From: Candidatus Rokuibacteriota bacterium
GTDB lineage: Bacteria; JAUVQV01; DATDCY01
Reading direction: 5' to 3'
Assembly: GCA_031406795.1 (NCBI GenBank)
Contig: JANOHV010000265.1
Location: 1-35,624 of the forward strand
DNA length: 35,624 bases
A program made the translations under genes and the position numbers. This document shows, piece after piece, positions 1-8,507 of this stretch. Position 1 is the stretch's first letter. Each line of letters opens with the position of its first letter. The notes beneath the pieces were generated by a model. It was given only the letters and a program-made list of their open reading frames with translations. It searched no databases and was not told the DNA's origin.

Positions 1-235
1 GCCGGGCCTCGTTCACGACCATCTTGCGGCCGTCGAGTTCAAAATCGTTGAAGCGCTGGATCGCCTGCGAACCCTCGGAGGAGGATTCCATTTCGACGAA
101 GGCGAACCCCCGCGACTGCCCGGTGAACTTGTCCGACACCAGCTCGCAACTGCCGACTGCGCCCGCCTGCTCGAAAATCGTGCGGACATCCGCCTCCGAA
201 GTCGAGAAAGCAAGGTTTCCCACATACAATTTCAT
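1..235 (-). CDS. RNA-binding protein, RRM (RNP-1) domain; runs off the window edge
   Basis: Manual translation from ATG at 235: MKLYVGNLAFSTSEADVRTIFEQAG...DKFTGQSRGFAFVEM...DGRKMVVNEAR, with RNP2 (LYVGNL) and RNP1 (RGFAFVEM) motifs; AAAGGA RBS upstream. Not in the ORF track because it is truncated. Confidence 0.93.
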   Translation of the reverse strand, partial: MKLYVGNLAFSTSEADVRTIFEQAGAVGSCELVSDKFTGQSRGFAFVEMESSSEGSQAIQRFNDFELDGRKMVVNEAR

Positions 236-280
236 GCTTGTGCCTGTCCTTTCTATCGCCGTTTGCCGGCCCGTTGCGCG

Positions 281-289
281 ATCATACCA
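281..289 (-). promoter_or_regulatory. Candidate extended -10 promoter of the RRM gene
   Basis: Minus strand reads TGGTATGAT (TGn-TATGAT) about 45 nt upstream of the ATG. Confidence 0.45.
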
Positions 290-314
290 CGCCCGCGCCC
301 GTGCCGCCGCGCTG

Positions 315-352
315 AAAATACGAAAGGGACGCGGCGTCGCACGCCGCGCCCC
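315..352 (-). terminator. Rho-independent terminator after the ACT-domain gene
   Basis: Minus strand GGGGCGCGGCGT-GCG-ACGCCGCGTCCC followed by TTTCGTATTTT. Confidence 0.75.
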
Positions 353-372
353 CCGATACCGGATTGAGCACC

Positions 373-795
373 CTAGAGACCGGCAATGATCTTCATCGCC
401 CTGGCAGCGGCCGCAGTCGTATCGACGGCCACGTGAGCGACGAACTTCTTGCCGATCGCCGCCGCGGAGAAGCCGCGGAGGTTGACGCCCGCCTCGGCCA
501 GCGCGGCCGCGATCTTCGCGCCCTGCCCGGGCTTGTCCGGCCCCTCAACCCGCACGGTGTGCAGGCTCGGGGTCTTCTTGAAGCCGGCCCGCTTGGCAGC
601 CGCCAGACCAGCCGCGCCGGAGATCGGCGTGACGAAAACGACACCCGTGCCCGGCTTGTCGGGCGACCGGCGCGCGATGACGAACTCCAGATTGACCTTG
701 GCGGCGGCCAGCGTTTCGAGCTTTGCCGAAAGCCCGCCCGGCTGATCCTTGATGGTTGCTGCCCAGGTATCGACCCGTTCCACCTTCAGTGCCAT
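373..795 (-). CDS. ACT domain-containing (amino-acid-binding) protein
   Basis: MALKVERVDTWAATIKDQPGGL...NLEFVIARR...DKPGQGAKIAAALAEAGVNL: two ACT-like D-x-PG...A-x-x-N-L repeats; GGAGG RBS before ATG 795. Confidence 0.85.
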   Translation of the reverse strand: MALKVERVDTWAATIKDQPGGLSAKLETLAAAKVNLEFVIARRSPDKPGTGVVFVTPISGAAGLAAAKRAGFKKTPSLHTVRVEGPDKPGQGAKIAAALAEAGVNLRGFSAAAIGKKFVAHVAVDTTAAAARAMKIIAGL

Positions 796-842
796 GCCAC
801 CCTCCCGGTTTCGCGATTGATACAGTACCGCACCCCGCTGGG

Positions 843-871
843 AGCATACCGTGAGGAGCAAACCGGGTCAA
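843..871 (-). promoter_or_regulatory. Sigma-70-type promoter of the ACT gene
   Basis: Minus strand TTGACC-N17-TATGCT. Confidence 0.55.
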
Positions 872-881
872 GCCTGAGTCC

Positions 882-915
882 AGACCTTTTCGGGGACCAC
901 CGGTCCCCGGAGTCT
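882..915 (-). other. Candidate bacterial SECIS hairpin
   Basis: After the UGA at 925-923: AGAC-U-C-CGGGGACC-GGU-GGUCCCCG-AAAAG-GUCU; apical loop starts with G 21 nt after the UGA; no U-tract follows, so it is not a typical terminator. Confidence 0.45.
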
Positions 916-922
916 ACTGCTT

Positions 923-1096
923 TCAGCTGGTCACACAGCGGGGACGGGTGCGGGCCCTGAGCCGGGCCTGATCCGGCGCCATATGGCAGCGTTTGTATTT
1001 CACGCCGCTTCCGCACCAGCACGCATCGTTGCGCCCGGGCGTCTTCTCAACAGCCGGGACTGCCCTCTCGCCGAACAATCTCTTCAACCACTGCAT
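923..1096 (-). CDS. Small SEC-C (zinc-binding) motif protein; may extend to 914 if the UGA is read as Sec
   Basis: MQWLKRLFG...PGRNDACWCGSGVKYKRCH has the SEC-C consensus; GAGGAGG RBS before ATG 1096. Confidence 0.85.
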   Translation of the reverse strand: MQWLKRLFGERAVPAVEKTPGRNDACWCGSGVKYKRCHMAPDQARLRARTRPRCVTS

Positions 1097-1179
1097 GCCG
1101 CCTCCTCGATTCCACCAGACTGCCAAACAAAATTGCAACTGATCCCTATGATGCCGTTAAGAAGAATTAGACTCTGCCA

Positions 1180-1338
1180 GTAATCGTTCAGTGAAGTACG
1201 GCAACTTTTCCCGTTCGTGGTGAGCCGTGAGCTTGACGAACGGTCGAACCACGAACGGGAAAGAGTCCACATACAAGCGCCCTTCGACGGGCTCAGGGCG
1301 AACGGTGCTGATCGGGCCACCATTCATTCACTGGTTAC
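1180..1338. repeat. MITE/REPIN-like palindromic element, copy 1
   Basis: Near-identical to 8245-8399; internal hairpin TCCCGTTCGTGGT...ACCACGAACGGGA, motif CCCTTCGACGGGCTCAGGGCGAACGG, imperfect termini GTAATC.../...GGTTAC. Confidence 0.85.
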
Positions 1339-1777
1339 CTCTGTCAACAGATGCAATTCGCGCGGACTCTAAGTCGCCGCCGATTTTATCAACAGCAGCA
1401 TCTTAAGTCCGTGGAAATCGTGCAATCGTGGGTCTTTGCGATACCGGACGCCTGTGGATATCATGGTGCGCTTGTCGCTCATGGCTGCTGATAGCCGCCG
1501 AACGGAAATGGTTATGTTTATAACTATTTATTGATTAACATTACCAATGTCTTATATGGAATATGATCATTGCCTTTCAAGGGAAATATTTGCGGTATCG
1601 TGCAAGAAATTTCTGATGGACTATGATCAACTTCTCACAGCATGATATTTCAAAGAACTTCAGGCAGTTACCAAGTCAGCGCGCGAGGTGATTGGACTTT
1701 TCAACAGTCTATAGCAACACTATTCTTCAGCCGACGGGCACTCCCCTTGCAGACAGCACTCCCCCCTGCCGGATGCT

Positions 1778-2464
1778 TCAGCGCGTGCGCTGTGAGCGCA
1801 CGCGGGCGATTGCATCGAGCACGCGGGGATAGACGAGATCGTTGATGACCCGATACCCCTCGGCCGTCGGATGCAGGCCATCGTCCTGATTGAGTTCCGG
1901 GTTGGCCGCGACTCCTTCGAGGAAGAACGGGATCAGCACGGCCTTGTGCCGCTGTGCCAGCTCCGGGTAGACGCGGGCGAAGGCCGTGGTGTACGTCGGG
2001 CCGAGATTGCGCAGCGCCTGCATCCCCGCCAGGACCACCGTCACGCGCTTTTCGGCAAGGGTGGTCAGGATCGCCTCGAGATTCGCGCGCAGGACCTGCG
2101 GGGGGATGCCGCGCAGTCCGTCGTTCGCGCCGGTCTCGAGTATCATGATGTCGGGTTTGAGGCTCAGCACCCACTCCAGGCGGGCACGCGCGCCGCTCGA
2201 GGTCTCGCCGCTGATCCCCGCGTTGACCACCTGCCAGCGAAAGCCCGCGGCACGCAACCGGCGCTCCAGTTGTGCCGGCCAGGCGTCGCGTTCCGCGACC
2301 CCCAGCCCCGCGGTCAGGCTGTCGCCGAGCGCGACGATCACGCCTTCGTCGGGGGCGGCCGCCTGCGCGAGGCAAGTGCCGGGCGCCAGCGCGATGACCA
2401 GAGCCGCGCCGAGTGCGGCGCCGCCAAACACGAACGGGATCCTGAATGCCGCCATGTCGATCAT
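1778..2464 (-). CDS. tesA: Arylesterase / acyl-CoA thioesterase I (SGNH/GDSL hydrolase), exported
   Basis: GDSLTAG, VNAGISGETS, GANDGLRG and DGLHP blocks; N-terminal signal peptide. Start could be 2455. Confidence 0.92.
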   Translation of the reverse strand: MIDMAAFRIPFVFGGAALGAALVIALAPGTCLAQAAAPDEGVIVALGDSLTAGLGVAERDAWPAQLERRLRAAGFRWQVVNAGISGETSSGARARLEWVLSLKPDIMILETGANDGLRGIPPQVLRANLEAILTTLAEKRVTVVLAGMQALRNLGPTYTTAFARVYPELAQRHKAVLIPFFLEGVAANPELNQDDGLHPTAEGYRVINDLVYPRVLDAIARVRSQRTR

Positions 2465-2548
2465 TCTAGCGAACTTCTCGAGGATTCGGAAATCAGCTCA
2501 CACCGTCTGCATGCAGGCTACGGGGTCCAGACGCTGCGATCCGATGCC

Positions 2549-2573
2549 GGGCGGGGATCAACCCCGCCCCTAC
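2549..2573 (-). repeat. GTAG-family REP palindrome
   Basis: Minus strand GTAG-GGGCGGGG-TTGAT-CCCCGCCC; a degenerate oppositely oriented partner at 2598-2624; related to 8176-8203. Confidence 0.7.
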
Positions 2574-2642
2574 AATTCTGACGGATCGGGTTCTTTGGTT
2601 GGGGTGGGTTTCCCCCCCTCCCACGCCGCAAATGGGCCCTTT

Positions 2643-5144
2643 TCAGCTGCCGTCACTGGTGCGGAGGAAGTCCGCGGGGCGGCGGCGGAGTACCGGCAGC
2701 GACGCCGCAAGCCCGACCCCGATGGTGATCAGCGTGGTCAGCGCCACCACCGCGAGGCTCGATGACAAGAACGGGTGCCAGCGCAGATTCAGCCGCCAGG
2801 TCGCGATCCCCCAGGTGATCGCCTGCGCGAACACCAGCGCGAGCACTCCGCTCGCCAGGCCGACGAGCGCCCCCTCGAGTGCGAAGACCAGCAGCACGAA
2901 GCGCGAACTGGCGCCGAGGATCCGGTAGTGGACCGCTTCGAGGAGACGGGCGCGCCGCGTCGCGAGCACCGAACTGGCCGTGATCAGCAGTCCGGCCACG
3001 ATCCCGAGCAGCGTGAAGAAGCGGATGATGCCCGAGAGCCGCGCGACCAGCGTCGCGGCTTGCGCGGCCGCGGCGCCGACGTCGACGACGCTCACGTTCG
3101 GGAACGCCGCCGCCACGCGGTTCTGCGCCGGCAGGGTCTCCCCCTTCGGGACGCGCGCGGCCGCGAAGACCGTTTGCGGCGCCTTGCCGAGGACCGCGGT
3201 CGGGAAGACGAAGTAGAAGAACGGCCGCGGCGAGGCGTCGGTGCGCCGCCGGATGCTCGACACCACCGCGTCGACGGAGACGCCCTGGACCCGGAACGTC
3301 ATCCGGTCGCCGATCTTCAGCGGGGCCATCTCGAGAACCTCCTCGAGGATCGAGACCTGCGCCCCGGCGATCCCGGAATCGAAGAGCGCGGGACCACGCG
3401 TCAGCTCCTCGTCGGCCAGCAGCGCCTCGCGATAGGTCAGATAGAAGTCGCGCCCGAAGTTGTCGCGGGGTTTGCGGCGCTCCCGCTCGCGCTCGATGGC
3501 GGCACCGTTGATCGCGGCCACCTGTGCGACGACCACCGGGTAGAATTCCGCCGGCGTCCCGAGCGTCTTCGCGAATTCCCCGAGCTGCGCCGGCTGCAGG
3601 TCGAGGAAGAAGAGGTTGGGCGCGTCCGGGGGGTACGACTGCACGAATTGGGCGTCGAGCGTGCGCTCGAGCAGGCCGATGGCCAGGATCACCGTGAGCG
3701 CCGCGGTGAGCGTCACGATCACCGGCCGCGTGGCGTTGCCGGGCCGGAAGAGACCCCGCAGCGCCTGGCGCAGCGGCAGCGCGCGCACGGGGAGCCGGCG
3801 CGCCAGCCGCAGCAGCCCCTCGGCGCCGAGGGCGGCCAGCGCGATCAGCCCGACCAGCCCGCCGAGCAGCCACAGGCCGAGCTTGAGGTCGCGCACCTGC
3901 CAGAGCACGAGGGCGCCGATGAGCGCCGCGGCGAGGCCCCCGCCAAGCCAGAACGGGAGCTGACGGGGCAGGCGCGCCGGGTCGCGGCGAAAGATCGCAA
4001 CTGGCGAAATCTCGCGCAGCCGCCAGAGCGGCAGAAAGGCGAACAGCCCGGTCACGATCGCGCCGAGGGCGAACCCCTCGAAGACCGTCGCGGCGGCAAG
4101 TTGAGGGCGCAGGCCCCCGGGGATCAAGCCGGAAAAAAGCGGGAAGAACAGCACCTGCAGCAGGTAGCTGCCGGCGATCCCGAGCAGCGTGCCGAGCGCC
4201 CCGAGGATCGCAGCCACCGCCAGGTACTGCGCCATCACGAAGCCTCCCGGCGCACCGAGCGCCTTCATCACCGCCACGGTGTCGCGCTTCTCGCGCAGGA
4301 AGGCCGTCAGCGCGCTCTGGATGCCGATCCCGGAGAGCAGCAGCGTGAAGGTGCCGATCAGCGAGAGGAAGAAGAGGAAGTTGTCGAGGAACCGCTTGGG
4401 GCCGGAACTGGCGGTGAGGTAGGTCTGGACGCGCTCCGCATCGGGGAGGGCTGCTGCGCCGAGACCGGCGGCGACCCGGCCGATCGCCGCCGGGTCGCGG
4501 ACCTTGAGCAGCAGGCGGTAGTCGACACGGCTCCCCTGCCCGATCAGGTCGAGGCGCCCGAGCTCGGACGCGGCGATGAAGACCCGCGGCCCGAGCGAGA
4601 AGAACGTCACCGGACGGTCGGCCTCGCGCACCGCGACATCGGCGATCAGCAGCGGCCGGCCCCCGAGCAGCAGACGATCGCCCACGCGCAGCCCAAGGCG
4701 GCCGAGAACCGTCTCCTCGACGATCGCCGTCCCCGGCTGAAGTATCCTGCCGAAGGGGCGCCCCGACGCGAGCGCGACCTCCCCGTACCACGGGTAGCCG
4801 GGCTCGACGGCCTTCACGTTGGTCAGCAGCGAACCTTCGCGCCCCTCGGGCGTGACCATCGAGTAGAACTCCCAGGTGCGCGCGGCGGAGACTTCGCCCC
4901 GCCGTGACAGCGCGTCGACGGCGCCGGTGAGGCCGGGGGAGAAGTCGCGATGCGCGTGCAGGATGACGTCGGCGGCGTGCAGTCCGCGCGCGTCCTGCAG
5001 CAGCCTCGCGTTCACGCTGCGGCCGAAACCGCGCAGCGAGACCAGCGCGAGCATCGAGAGCGCGACGCAGAGCAGGAAGATGCCGGTCTGGCTCCCGGCG
5101 CCGGAGAACTGGCGGCGGATGAAGCCCGGGTGCAGCAGTCTCAC
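2643..5144 (-). CDS. ybbP: ABC transporter permease, YbbP-like (two FtsX domains)
   Basis: 833 aa with two MacB/FtsX repeats (VAVMKALGA, YRILGAS), APNLFFLDLQP motif, adjacent to ABC ATPase and tesA. Confidence 0.88.
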   Translation of the reverse strand: MRLLHPGFIRRQFSGAGSQTGIFLLCVALSMLALVSLRGFGRSVNARLLQDARGLHAADVILHAHRDFSPGLTGAVDALSRRGEVSAARTWEFYSMVTPEGREGSLLTNVKAVEPGYPWYGEVALASGRPFGRILQPGTAIVEETVLGRLGLRVGDRLLLGGRPLLIADVAVREADRPVTFFSLGPRVFIAASELGRLDLIGQGSRVDYRLLLKVRDPAAIGRVAAGLGAAALPDAERVQTYLTASSGPKRFLDNFLFFLSLIGTFTLLLSGIGIQSALTAFLREKRDTVAVMKALGAPGGFVMAQYLAVAAILGALGTLLGIAGSYLLQVLFFPLFSGLIPGGLRPQLAAATVFEGFALGAIVTGLFAFLPLWRLREISPVAIFRRDPARLPRQLPFWLGGGLAAALIGALVLWQVRDLKLGLWLLGGLVGLIALAALGAEGLLRLARRLPVRALPLRQALRGLFRPGNATRPVIVTLTAALTVILAIGLLERTLDAQFVQSYPPDAPNLFFLDLQPAQLGEFAKTLGTPAEFYPVVVAQVAAINGAAIERERERRKPRDNFGRDFYLTYREALLADEELTRGPALFDSGIAGAQVSILEEVLEMAPLKIGDRMTFRVQGVSVDAVVSSIRRRTDASPRPFFYFVFPTAVLGKAPQTVFAAARVPKGETLPAQNRVAAAFPNVSVVDVGAAAAQAATLVARLSGIIRFFTLLGIVAGLLITASSVLATRRARLLEAVHYRILGASSRFVLLVFALEGALVGLASGVLALVFAQAITWGIATWRLNLRWHPFLSSSLAVVALTTLITIGVGLAASLPVLRRRPADFLRTSDGS

Positions 5145-5818
5145 GGCGGGGCGCTGATGCGACCGTCCACCAGGGTGATCACCCGGTCGGCGCGCGCGGC
5201 GATTTCGGCGCTGTGGGTCACCATGACGAGCGCCGTCCCCCGCTCGCGCTGCAGATCGAGCATCAGGTTCAGCACCGAGTGTCCGCTCACCGTGTCGAGA
5301 TTGCCGGTGGGCTCGTCGGCGAAGACGACCGCCGGCTCGTTCACGAGAGCGCGACAGATCGCGACCCGCTGCTGCTCGCCGCCCGAGAGCTGGTGCGGGA
5401 AATTCGCCGCCCGCCCGTCGACGCCGGCTTTCGCCAGCAGAGCCTCGGCCTTCTCGCGCGCCCGCGCGTCCCCGCGCAGCTCGGCCGGGAACATCACGTT
5501 CTCGAGCGCCGAGAGCGAGGGAATCAGGTGATACGACTGGAAGACGAAGCCGATCGTGGTGTTGCGCAGCGGCGCCAGCTGCTCCTCCGAGAGGGTCGTC
5601 AGCTCGCGCCCCTCCAGACGCACCGTGCCCGCGTTCGGACGGTCCAGCCCGGAGAGCAGCGTAATCAGCGTAGTCTTGCCGCTGCCGGAAGGCCCGGCGA
5701 TCACGAGGAACTCGCCGCGGTCGACGTCGAGCGAGACGCCGTCGATGACGGTCAGCAGGCGCTCGCCGACGGGGTAGGTGCGGACCAGGCCGCGGGCTTC
5801 GAGGAGAGCCGGTGGCAC
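5141..5818 (-). CDS. ybbA: ABC transporter ATP-binding protein, YbbA/LolD-like
   Basis: Walker A GPSGSGKTT, LSGGEQQRV signature, VFADEPTGNLD; overlaps the permease start by 4 nt. Confidence 0.92.
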   Translation of the reverse strand: MPPALLEARGLVRTYPVGERLLTVIDGVSLDVDRGEFLVIAGPSGSGKTTLITLLSGLDRPNAGTVRLEGRELTTLSEEQLAPLRNTTIGFVFQSYHLIPSLSALENVMFPAELRGDARAREKAEALLAKAGVDGRAANFPHQLSGGEQQRVAICRALVNEPAVVFADEPTGNLDTVSGHSVLNLMLDLQRERGTALVMVTHSAEIAARADRVITLVDGRISAPP

Positions 5819-5825
5819 CGACCGC

Positions 5826-6539
5826 TCAGTAATAGCCGTACTTCTTCGGGGTGCTGATGCCGTTGAGGACGACGCCGAGCACCGGGCGGTCCTGCAATTG
5901 CTCCCGGGCGGTCTTGACCAGCTCGCGGGGGGAAACCCGGCCGTCGACCACCAGCAGGATGCCGTCCACGTAGCCGGAGAGCAGCAGTGTGTCGGTGATC
6001 GAGGTCAGCGGCGGCGAATCCACGACCAGATAGTCGTAGCGGGCCGCCAGCCGCCGCAGCAGGGCCGGGGCCTCGGCCGATTGCAGCAGTTCCGCCGCAC
6101 TCTGCGTGGGGGATCCGGCCGAGAGCAGGTCGAGGTGAGGGCTGTTCGAAGCCGCGATCGCGTCCTCCTCCGGGACGCGCCCCTGGAGCAAATCAGTCAG
6201 CCCCGGCGCGCGGTCAATGCCGAAGAGGGTGTGCACGCTCGGCTTGCGCAAGTCGGCATCGACCAGCAGCGTCCGCCACTCCATCTGGGCGAACGAGCGG
6301 GCCAGCGTCGCGGACACCGTCGTCTTCCCCTCCTGCGGCAGGGAACTCGTCACCAGCAGGACCTTGTGGCGTTCGTTCAGTGCGGCGGCCACCCGCGTGC
6401 GCAGGCTGCGGAATTCCTCCCCGTAGCCGTTCCACATCTCGACCGGCATCTTGCCCTTCTTCACCTTCCGGGCGCCCGAGAGGCTCGGGCCGGCGGGAGC
6501 ACTCGCGACGGGAACGGCGGGGGGGATCAACTCGGCCAT
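5826..6539 (-). CDS. CpsD/CapB-family tyrosine-protein kinase (stand-alone BY-kinase)
   Basis: EEFRSLRT, Walker A SSLPQEGKTT, A' LLVDADLRKP, B VVDSPP, C-terminal tyrosine cluster KKYGYY. Confidence 0.93.
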   Translation of the reverse strand: MAELIPPAVPVASAPAGPSLSGARKVKKGKMPVEMWNGYGEEFRSLRTRVAAALNERHKVLLVTSSLPQEGKTTVSATLARSFAQMEWRTLLVDADLRKPSVHTLFGIDRAPGLTDLLQGRVPEEDAIAASNSPHLDLLSAGSPTQSAAELLQSAEAPALLRRLAARYDYLVVDSPPLTSITDTLLLSGYVDGILLVVDGRVSPRELVKTAREQLQDRPVLGVVLNGISTPKKYGYY

Positions 6540-6541
6540 GG

Positions 6542-8101
6542 TCAGCGCCCTTTCGCCAGCACGTTGATCACCTGGTCCCAGAAGAGGAAGCCAGCGACAG
6601 CACCTGCGTAGAGAAGGCCGGCGACCGAGAGGGCGATCGACTTGAAGACCAGCTGCGAGTCCTGCTGCTTCGTGCGGTGCCGCGGAATCCCGGCGAGCAC
6701 CTTGAGGCCGAGGGACTTCTGCACCTCCTCGACGGTTTGGAACGAGGTGTCGAGCTGGGCCAGCAGAAACACGAGAAGCGCATTCAGACCCAACCCGGCA
6801 GCGACGCCCATCAGGACCGTCGGAATCCGCTTCGGCCGCGACGGGGTGAGCGGCAGCGCCGCCGCCTGCAGGATCCGGAAGACCTCCCCCTTCTTCGAAG
6901 CCTCGAGTTCCTTCGAGACCTTGGCCTCCTCGAGCCGGCGCAGGAAGTTGTTGTAGATGTCGTTGTTGACGTCGTAGTCCCGCTTCAGCCGCGTCTGCTC
7001 CTGCTCCACTTCGGGGATGCCCTGGACTTTCCTCTCGTACCGGGCGAGCTCCTGGCTCAGTTGCTGATCCCGCGCGCTCAGCGCGCTGACCTGGAGTTCG
7101 AGCTGCTGCAGCTGCCCCATGCTCAACGCATCCTGGACCGACGGCTGCCGCGAGGAGGCGGCCTGGCTGGCCGGAACCGTCGGGTGCAGCGCAAGCTCCT
7201 GCCGCAGACCGGCAATCTCCGCCTTCAATGCCGCGACGTCGGGATAGGTCTCGGAGTAGTCGACGAGCAGCCGTCGCAGCTGCGCCTCCTTGTCCAGCAG
7301 CTGCGCCTGCAGCGGATTGGCCACCATCGTCGTGCCGGCCGCCACGGTGCCCTCCGGCAGCGGGCTGCCCGCCGGCAGCGACTGCTGGCGGAGAAGATCC
7401 CGCTGGAGTTTCGCCTGGCGCAGGCTGTTCTGGACCTCCATCAGCGTCGCCCGCAGCTGGTCCACCCGGGAGAGTTGCGCCGCGCGGTTCGAAGGGAGCT
7501 GGTCGACGTTCCGCTCTTCGAATTGGCGCAACGCGGCCTCCGCCTCCTCGAGCTTCGTGCGATAGACCTCGAGCTGGCTCTGCAGAAACTCCACGGCCGA
7601 CCCCGCCTCGCCGGCCTTGTTCGAGAGGCTGTCCTCGATGAAGATCCCGGCCAGCAGGTTCGTGACGTCCCGGACCTCCTTGGGGTCCTTGCCGCGGTAG
7701 GTGACCTGGAACGTGTCCGTTTCACGCTGCTTCGTCGTGATCTCGGTCTGTTTCATCATCCGTTGCACGAGTTCCTCGTGCTTGAGCGGCGCGGCATTCT
7801 GCGGCTCCAGCGCCAGGCGCGAGATGATCTTGTCGAAGTAGTCCCGGCTCAGGATCTCCTCGCGGATGCCTCGGAGGCGATCGTCCATCTCCGTGCTCAC
7901 TGCCAGCCCGCGGGTCAGCGGGTTGATCAGCTGGCTCTTCTCCATCCGGATCGTCGTCGTCGACTCGTAGCGCTTCGGGATGACCTTCAGGGCCGCGATC
8001 CCCGCCGCCGTCACGACAATCTGGATGCCCGCCAACCACCACGCCCTGCTCCAGGCGTGACGTCCGATCTTCTTCACCAATTCCAGTTCAGCGCTTGCCA
8101 T
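6542..8101 (-). CDS. Polysaccharide chain-length determinant / co-polymerase (Wzz/GumC-like, XrtA-system type)
   Basis: N-terminal TM then PKRYES, long coiled coil, IPEVEQE..L.RDY.VN, Pro-rich PLTPSRP-TM, followed by the kinase gene. Confidence 0.9.
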   Translation of the reverse strand: MASAELELVKKIGRHAWSRAWWLAGIQIVVTAAGIAALKVIPKRYESTTTIRMEKSQLINPLTRGLAVSTEMDDRLRGIREEILSRDYFDKIISRLALEPQNAAPLKHEELVQRMMKQTEITTKQRETDTFQVTYRGKDPKEVRDVTNLLAGIFIEDSLSNKAGEAGSAVEFLQSQLEVYRTKLEEAEAALRQFEERNVDQLPSNRAAQLSRVDQLRATLMEVQNSLRQAKLQRDLLRQQSLPAGSPLPEGTVAAGTTMVANPLQAQLLDKEAQLRRLLVDYSETYPDVAALKAEIAGLRQELALHPTVPASQAASSRQPSVQDALSMGQLQQLELQVSALSARDQQLSQELARYERKVQGIPEVEQEQTRLKRDYDVNNDIYNNFLRRLEEAKVSKELEASKKGEVFRILQAAALPLTPSRPKRIPTVLMGVAAGLGLNALLVFLLAQLDTSFQTVEEVQKSLGLKVLAGIPRHRTKQQDSQLVFKSIALSVAGLLYAGAVAGFLFWDQVINVLAKGR

Positions 8102-8175
8102 GGTCCCTTTCGGTCCATTTCGTACTTCTCATACCTTCGATACTACAATGCATTCCACAAACTTTTTGTTCCGGC

Positions 8176-8203
8176 GTAGGGGAGCGGGTTTATCCCCTCC
8201 CGC
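8176..8203 (+). repeat. GTAG-family REP palindrome (degenerate)
   Basis: GTAGGGGAGCGGGTTTATCCCCTCCCGC, similar to 2549-2573. Confidence 0.6.
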
Positions 8204-8226
8204 ACGTTCAAGGCGAATCGCCTTTA

Positions 8227-8434
8227 TTGATTATACCCTGCAAAGTAACCCTCAGTGAAGTGCGGTAACTTTTCCCGTTCGTGGTGAGCCGTGAGCCTGA
8301 CGAACGGTCGAACCACGAACGGGAAGCCTTCATACAAGCGCCCTTCGACGGGCTCAGGGCGAACGGTACTGATCTGGCCACCGTTCAGTGAAGGGTTATC
8401 AATTGCCCCATACTAATTTGATTATACCCTGCAA
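8227..8434. repeat. 17-bp direct repeat TTGATTATACCCTGCAA (8227-8243 and 8418-8434)
   Basis: Exact duplication bracketing repeat copy 2; each copy contains TATAAT on the minus strand. Confidence 0.85.
8245..8399. repeat. MITE/REPIN-like palindromic element, copy 2
   Basis: Near-identical to 1180-1338; imperfect terminal inverted repeats GTAACCCTCAGTGAA ... TTCAGTGAAGGGTTAT. Confidence 0.85.
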
Positions 8435-8507
8435 TTGTTCCCGCTCCACCGACTCCGTTCGTTTTCCTCGCCAAGAATTCACACCTCGCCGCGAGCTCCG
8501 TTCGATT

